Shown: positions 59,264 to 64,000 of the stretch, one piece after another
How the letters are laid out: each line of letters starts with the position of its first letter
How positions within the stretch are numbered: position 1 is the stretch's first letter
Origin: Spirochaetia bacterium
GTDB taxonomy: Bacteria > Spirochaetota > Spirochaetia > UBA9216
Length of the DNA stretch: 64,000 bases
Assembly (NCBI GenBank): GCA_965140585.1
Contig: OZ223270.1
Span: forward strand, 416,001 to 480,000
Reading direction: 5' to 3'
Notes under the pieces: model-generated
Told to the model about the DNA's origin: nothing
The model's input: the letters and a program-made list of their open reading frames with translations, nothing else
Database searches by the model: none
Translations under genes and position numbers: made by a program

Positions 59264-59560
59264 TTAAAGTACGTTGGGTATAACGATAAAATTATTTTCG
59301 TGCTCGGGGGCACGGTTAACAAGATCAACAGGATTATAATTATTTACTGCGTTATCATTGCGGAGAGCATTTTCTCTTACGAGTGCGTGAGTGGTCGGAG
59401 GAAGGTCATTTACATCGACTTTGTTCATCAGAGAGAAGTATTCAATCATCTCTGAGACCGCGGATCGAAGCCGGGTTTCTTCCTCTGCAGTCAGTTCAAG
59501 CTGAGCCTGTTCAGCAGTTATAATTAATTCGTCCTTTTCCATAACTAATGAATTTGACAT
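59264..59560 (-). CDS. gatC: Asp/Glu-tRNA amidotransferase subunit C
   Basis: AQLELT.EE, VDVNDLPPT, LRND, APE.ENNFIVIPNVL; first gene of the gat operon. Confidence 0.9.
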   Translation of the reverse strand: MSNSLVMEKDELIITAEQAQLELTAEEETRLRSAVSEMIEYFSLMNKVDVNDLPPTTHALVRENALRNDNAVNNYNPVDLVNRAPEHENNFIVIPNVL

Positions 59561-59598
59561 AATGGGTTGTCAGTGTCAATATAGCGCGAGGTGATCTA

Positions 59599-60516
59599 TT
59601 GAGCTGGTATGGATTTATTCAAAAATACTTCGGCCTGTTTTTCGGTCTGGGAATACTAATCGGACTGATTTTTTCCTCTGTTTTCGGCGGATATAAAAAC
59701 CTCGTTCTGCCGCTGCTTGGAACTGTAATGCTGTTCACCTTTCTGTCTATAGATATCAGGCAGGCACTTTCAAATCTGAAGAAGTTTCACAACATTGCAG
59801 CGGTGTTCATCATCACCAAGGTGATCCTTCCCATCCTGCTTTATCATCTGGCAAAACCCCTTGGAGCTGATATTTCAATAGCCGTGTTCATGCTGTGCAT
59901 CACTCCCTTTGCATCTATTTCACCTACACTTACCACTCTGCTTGAAGGAGATACCGAGTTTATCCTGCTTAACCAGATACTGATGACCCTTCTTGCCCCC
60001 TTTTATATGCCGATACTGATTATGCTGGTTCTCGGGGCTGAGGTTCAGCTGAATCCTGTGCAGATGGTTAAAACGCTGACCTATCTTATTTTTGTTCCAT
60101 TCGCTCTGTCGCTTATAATCCGGCCTCTGCTGAAATCTGCGGTGCTTAAGACAAAAAAATACTTCGGGGCGATAAATATTCTGCTCATAATGGCTGTTAT
60201 CTGCATCCTGCTTGCCACAGCCGCCGGCAGTATCCTTGAAAACCCGCTTCAGACCCTGCCCCAGCTTGGCTTAAGTTATCTTCTGGGAGTAATTCTGATA
60301 CTCAGCGGTCTCTTCATCCCCTTCTTCCTTGATCGGAAAAAGCGAATCGGACTCTCTGTTTCTGTTCTGTACATGAACGTGGGGCTTACCGCAGTGGTTG
60401 CTTCAGGTTTTTTCAGCCCGGAAGTTCTGCTGTTTATTCTGATTTATGAAATACCGGTTAATACCCTGCCGACTCTGATGCGATCAGCAGCAGAACGATA
60501 TAGAAAAAGAGATTAA
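59599..60516 (+). CDS. Bile acid:sodium symporter family transporter
   Basis: About 10 TMs, ITPFASISP..T.LL.GD, MNVGL. Confidence 0.75.
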   Translation: MSWYGFIQKYFGLFFGLGILIGLIFSSVFGGYKNLVLPLLGTVMLFTFLSIDIRQALSNLKKFHNIAAVFIITKVILPILLYHLAKPLGADISIAVFMLCITPFASISPTLTTLLEGDTEFILLNQILMTLLAPFYMPILIMLVLGAEVQLNPVQMVKTLTYLIFVPFALSLIIRPLLKSAVLKTKKYFGAINILLIMAVICILLATAAGSILENPLQTLPQLGLSYLLGVILILSGLFIPFFLDRKKRIGLSVSVLYMNVGLTAVVASGFFSPEVLLFILIYEIPVNTLPTLMRSAAERYRKRD

Positions 60517-61160
60517 AAGAGGGGCTTCTCGTTTTTAGGTGCGCCGATTGAGGATGGAGCTTCCGCCGGCTTTAGAAGAGTCCGCCTGCCTTTAAGTGAG
60601 CGTGAAAGGGTCAGCCTGTCTGCATACTCAAGATCCCCGCCTGCAGGAAGTCCGGAAGCAAGCTGGCTGATCCGAAGTCCCGATTTCTTAAGCAGATTAA
60701 CCAGATACATTGCAGTCGTCTCACCCTCAACAGTCGGGTTTGTGGCAATGATTAGTTCTTCCGCCTTTCCGTTTTTAAGCCGGTTAAGAAGGTGACCGAT
60801 TGTAAGCTCCTCAGGACCGATGCCGTCGATCGGGGAAATTACCCCCTTAAGAACATGGTAGTAGCCTTTGAAATCTCCTGTAGCCTCGATGGTCGTGATA
60901 TCTTCCGGCTGTTCAACAATGCAGATCAGACTGTGATCACGGGAGGCATCGCTGCAGATATCACAGGGATCCTCCTCCGTGTAGTTTCCGCAGATAGAGC
61001 AGGTTTTAATGTTTTCCTGAATTCCGCCTATAAGTTCTGCAAGGTTGGATACCCAGACCGGGTCGGCTTTCAGAATATGATAGGCCATCCTACGGGCGCT
61101 TTTTGAACCTATTCCGGGAAGTTTAGAAAGATTTTTTACAAGAAGATCGAGACTGTTCAA
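60513..61160 (-). CDS. recR: Recombination protein RecR
   Basis: LPGIGSKSA, C4 zinc finger, Toprim ATNPTVEGETTA, GGDLEYAD. Confidence 0.96.
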   Translation of the reverse strand: MNSLDLLVKNLSKLPGIGSKSARRMAYHILKADPVWVSNLAELIGGIQENIKTCSICGNYTEEDPCDICSDASRDHSLICIVEQPEDITTIEATGDFKGYYHVLKGVISPIDGIGPEELTIGHLLNRLKNGKAEELIIATNPTVEGETTAMYLVNLLKKSGLRISQLASGLPAGGDLEYADRLTLSRSLKGRRTLLKPAEAPSSIGAPKNEKPLF

Positions 61161-61175
61161 TTTCCGCCTTCTATC

Positions 61176-61493
61176 TTAAAACCCCATCATTTCCGGGGGA
61201 AGGTTCAGTTCGGAAGCAATGCTTGAAGCTTCCTGCTGTATTTTTTCCTTTATCTTGTTTGAAGCATCAGTAAATGCGGACAGAACAAGATCTTCAAGCA
61301 GTCCGATATCACTCGGATCAACCGCCTCGGGAGCTATCTTTACATCAAGCACCGAATACTGTCCGGTAAGGGTAATCTCAACCATCCCTCCGCCCGAAGA
61401 TCCGGTTGCGGTTACATTGTTGAGTTTTCCCTGCATATCCTGCATCTTACTCTGCATTCCCTGCAGATTTTTTATCATATCCATCGGATTCAT
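61176..61493 (-). CDS. ybaB: YbaB/EbfC nucleoid-associated protein
   Basis: GSSGGGMV, LEDLVLSA; lies between dnaX and recR. Confidence 0.93.
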   Translation of the reverse strand: MNPMDMIKNLQGMQSKMQDMQGKLNNVTATGSSGGGMVEITLTGQYSVLDVKIAPEAVDPSDIGLLEDLVLSAFTDASNKIKEKIQQEASSIASELNLPPEMMGF

Positions 61494-63518
61494 TTATTCA
61501 CCACCCTGAATGACCTGGCCGCGGAAAACCTTTTTTACAGCATCAACATGTTCCTGATGATCCTGTCCGCTTTCCTCGTCGCGGTTGATCTTTACTACTT
61601 CAACCTCGATCTGGTATGACCTTCCGGTCTGTTCATTAATTATTTCGTTTATAACCTGTCTGTCGTTCTTTACGACCGAGGCTGTATATCCGTTTTCAAA
61701 ACTCAAACAGAGTTTTCCGCCGTTAACGGTCCATCTCACCGACTGTTCTACCGCAGCAGCAAGTGTCAGCTTTCGCTTTCTGATGCCTTCAAGAATACGG
61801 CTCTTCTCATCAGAGCTGAATCCTCCGCTGCTTCCGGCCACTGTTGATTGAACAACAGCTGATGTCGGTTCCGGTGAGGCATAAGCCGGAGCTGCTTGTG
61901 CAGGAGCTGCGGGCATTGACGTTGGCGCTGCAGAGGGTGCTGCTTTTGCAGGAGCCGCTGCCTGAGCAGGAGGCTCAGAGACAGGCGGATCATCCACAAA
62001 TCTTTCGTAGTAATCCTCATCCTCTTCATCATCGTCATAATCATCCGGATCAAAGGCCCCGCTTACAGCCGGCTTCTGCACAGGAGGAACCTGTGATTGA
62101 ACTGAGGGCTGCTGAGACTGTGCCGGAGCCTGTCCGAACGGCTGAGCCTGGGGTTCAGGCCGTCCAAGCTTAACCGCAGGAGCTTCATCCTTAAGCTGAG
62201 GCGCATACTGTTCCGCATTCTCCTGTACCTGAAGCTGCACCGGCTGTGCGGGTGCTGAAGGTGCTGCTGCTGCCGGAGCAACCGGCCTTTCAACCTGAAC
62301 CTGTGCCTGTACAGGAGCAGAAGGCTGAGCTACAGATTGAACAGCAGAAACTGAAACAGGAACGGCCTTTGCACCTGAAATAGCGCTGCTTTTCAAGGCT
62401 TCAAGCCTGTCGTATATCTCTGCCGGAGAAATCCATGTACTTATGTCTGAAAGAAGACTCAGAAGCAGCTCGAGCTCAAAGCGTTCGTTAAGCGAATAGC
62501 GGACATCCCTGTAAAACTTAAAAATTAGCTCAAGAGCCTTTTCAAGCTGGGGGCGGGAAAAAGTTCTTACCGCAGTATCAGAATATCTGGCCTTTGCATA
62601 GCCCAGCAGAGCCTCGCTGTCTGCACCGCTTTTGATAAAAAGCAGGCTTCTAAAGTATTCGGCAAGGTCTACAGCAAACTGCTCTACCGAAACTCCGCCG
62701 GCGATAATCTCCGAACAGAGTCTTATTACTTCCGCGGCATTCCTGCCGGCCATGGCCTCGGCAATTGTATTCATACTGTCCAGGCCGACCAGGCCCAGTT
62801 TCTCACGTATTATCTCAAGGTTGATATTTCCATCTGAAAAGGCTACAACCTGGTCAAAAAGCGTATAAGCATCACGCATCGAACCGGTAGCTTCCTTTGC
62901 TATCCAGAACAGCGCATCCTCTTCCGCAGCGACATTCATTTCGCGGCAGGCATCAGAAAGGCTGTTTTTAATCCTCTCCAGCCCAATCAGCCTGAAATTA
63001 AACTGCTGACAGCGTGAACGGATTGTTGCGGGAACCTTGTGAATCTCGGTTGTCGCAAAGATAAAGATGATATATGGAGGCGGCTCTTCGATAGTTTTCA
63101 AAAGCGCGTTAAATGCGCTGTTTGAAAGCATGTGAACCTCATCAATGATGTAAACCTTGTAGCGGCATGAATTCGGCGCAAAAAGCACCTCGTCCTTGAT
63201 TTCACGGATATCGTTTACCGAAGTATTTGATGCTCCGTCAATCTCAATCACATCAAGGGCATTTCCCTTTGCTATCTCGGTACAGTTGCTGCAGACTCCG
63301 CAGGGTTCGGGTATCGGACCGTTTTCACAGTTGACCGCTTTGGCAAGAATTCTTGCTGCGGATGTTTTTCCGACGCCGCGTGGGCCTGAAAAAAGATAGG
63401 CGTGGGCAATCCTGCCTGCCTTAATCGAGTTCTTAATAGTTGAAACTACAAATTCCTGTCCGACCAGCTCTTCAAAGCCGGACGGACGACGTCTTGATGC
63501 GGTTACTTCATATGCCAT
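61494..63518 (-). CDS. dnaX: DNA polymerase III subunit gamma/tau
   Basis: GPRGVGKT, EIDGASN, IIDEVHML, TIRSRCQ; long Pro/Ala/Gln linker. Confidence 0.96.
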   Translation of the reverse strand: MAYEVTASRRRPSGFEELVGQEFVVSTIKNSIKAGRIAHAYLFSGPRGVGKTSAARILAKAVNCENGPIPEPCGVCSNCTEIAKGNALDVIEIDGASNTSVNDIREIKDEVLFAPNSCRYKVYIIDEVHMLSNSAFNALLKTIEEPPPYIIFIFATTEIHKVPATIRSRCQQFNFRLIGLERIKNSLSDACREMNVAAEEDALFWIAKEATGSMRDAYTLFDQVVAFSDGNINLEIIREKLGLVGLDSMNTIAEAMAGRNAAEVIRLCSEIIAGGVSVEQFAVDLAEYFRSLLFIKSGADSEALLGYAKARYSDTAVRTFSRPQLEKALELIFKFYRDVRYSLNERFELELLLSLLSDISTWISPAEIYDRLEALKSSAISGAKAVPVSVSAVQSVAQPSAPVQAQVQVERPVAPAAAAPSAPAQPVQLQVQENAEQYAPQLKDEAPAVKLGRPEPQAQPFGQAPAQSQQPSVQSQVPPVQKPAVSGAFDPDDYDDDEEDEDYYERFVDDPPVSEPPAQAAAPAKAAPSAAPTSMPAAPAQAAPAYASPEPTSAVVQSTVAGSSGGFSSDEKSRILEGIRKRKLTLAAAVEQSVRWTVNGGKLCLSFENGYTASVVKNDRQVINEIINEQTGRSYQIEVEVVKINRDEESGQDHQEHVDAVKKVFRGQVIQGGE

Positions 63519-63590
63519 ACGCGAAAATTGTATATGATAATCGGGCCGTTATCAAGCTCGGAGTTGATCAGGATTCGGGCGTATCTGTGT

Positions 63591-64000
63591 TTATGCGGGT
63601 TTTACCGGGATGCAGATATCGAATATATGCTTCCCTTCGGGGTGTTCATTCGGATCATTTTTTGAGAGTTCGTAGCTCAGACCGTCAGCAGCTTCATAGC
63701 CGCTGTCAGGAAGCCAGTCAGCACAAACCCAGTTCCAGGCATCACCGTACTGATCAACATCAATCTCAAACTCTACCATCGCATACTTTCCGGCAGGCAT
63801 AATCATCTTGCCAACCTCACCGCTGACCTCCGTATCAGGAGGTACAGTCAGGCAGACACTGGTTCGCAGCTTTGTTTCATCGGTAAGATTCGGATCATCA
63901 TGGTAAACACTCATAACCTTTGTATCCGGAAAATTAAGCAGCTCCCGCGCTCCGGCCCATCTGAAAAGTTTATCATACAAACCGGCAAATAAAGCCTCAT
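63591..64000 (-). CDS. GyrI-like effector domain, probably the 3' end of an AraC-family regulator (partial)
   Basis: VYHDDP..T...KLRT.VC, GKYA, WLPDSGY, DICIPVK; frame stays open to the window edge. Confidence 0.8.
   Translation of the reverse strand, partial: EALFAGLYDKLFRWAGARELLNFPDTKVMSVYHDDPNLTDETKLRTSVCLTVPPDTEVSGEVGKMIMPAGKYAMVEFEIDVDQYGDAWNWVCADWLPDSGYEAADGLSYELSKNDPNEHPEGKHIFDICIPVKPA

Noticed and set aside
61494-63518. Programmed -1 frameshift in dnaX
   Set aside because: No A-AAA-AAG heptamer or long A run followed by a hairpin noticed after domain III
63519-63590. SRP RNA or tRNA upstream of dnaX
   Set aside because: Only 72 bp with a short tgataa/ttatca stem; no SRP or tRNA motifs

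Overview
Bacterial chromosomal window, most likely from a free-living spirochaete (Spirochaetales; inferred from the Cys->Asp MurA, STAS-Zn-ribbon protein, spirochaetal-type lipoprotein and gene context). Left arm (1-15 kb): regulatory and housekeeping genes (fxsA, STAS, HTH-less sigma54 activator, ECF sigma/anti-sigma, LptF/G-like pair, DjlA-like, murA, aspartate kinase, thrC). Centre (15.1-48.8 kb): one minus-strand surface-polysaccharide locus (Wzi-like pair, rml genes with an RmlD-HEPN fusion plus MNT, ugd, Bacteroides-type fkp, fcl, gmd, glycosyltransferases, wzy, wzx and a large AT-rich legionaminic-acid-type nonulosonate pathway with extra oxidoreductases and a deacetylase/GNAT/3-hydroxyacyl-CoA dehydrogenase set), headed by a MarR-type regulator with a visible promoter, twin palindromic operators and a four-hairpin leader. 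Just upstream (49.2-51.8 kb) is a stack of HEPN/MNT modules, several frameshifted and missed by the ORF track, separated by two copies of a hairpin leader + GxxExxY remnant whose differences are all synonymous; this is the best candidate for an undescribed cassette system. Right arm (51.9-64 kb): chromate transporter pair, PfkB kinase, gatCAB-aspS, bile acid symporter, dnaX-ybaB-recR and a partial GyrI/AraC gene. No rRNA, tRNA, CRISPR array or transposase was recognised. All calls come from reading the sequence; no database searches were run.
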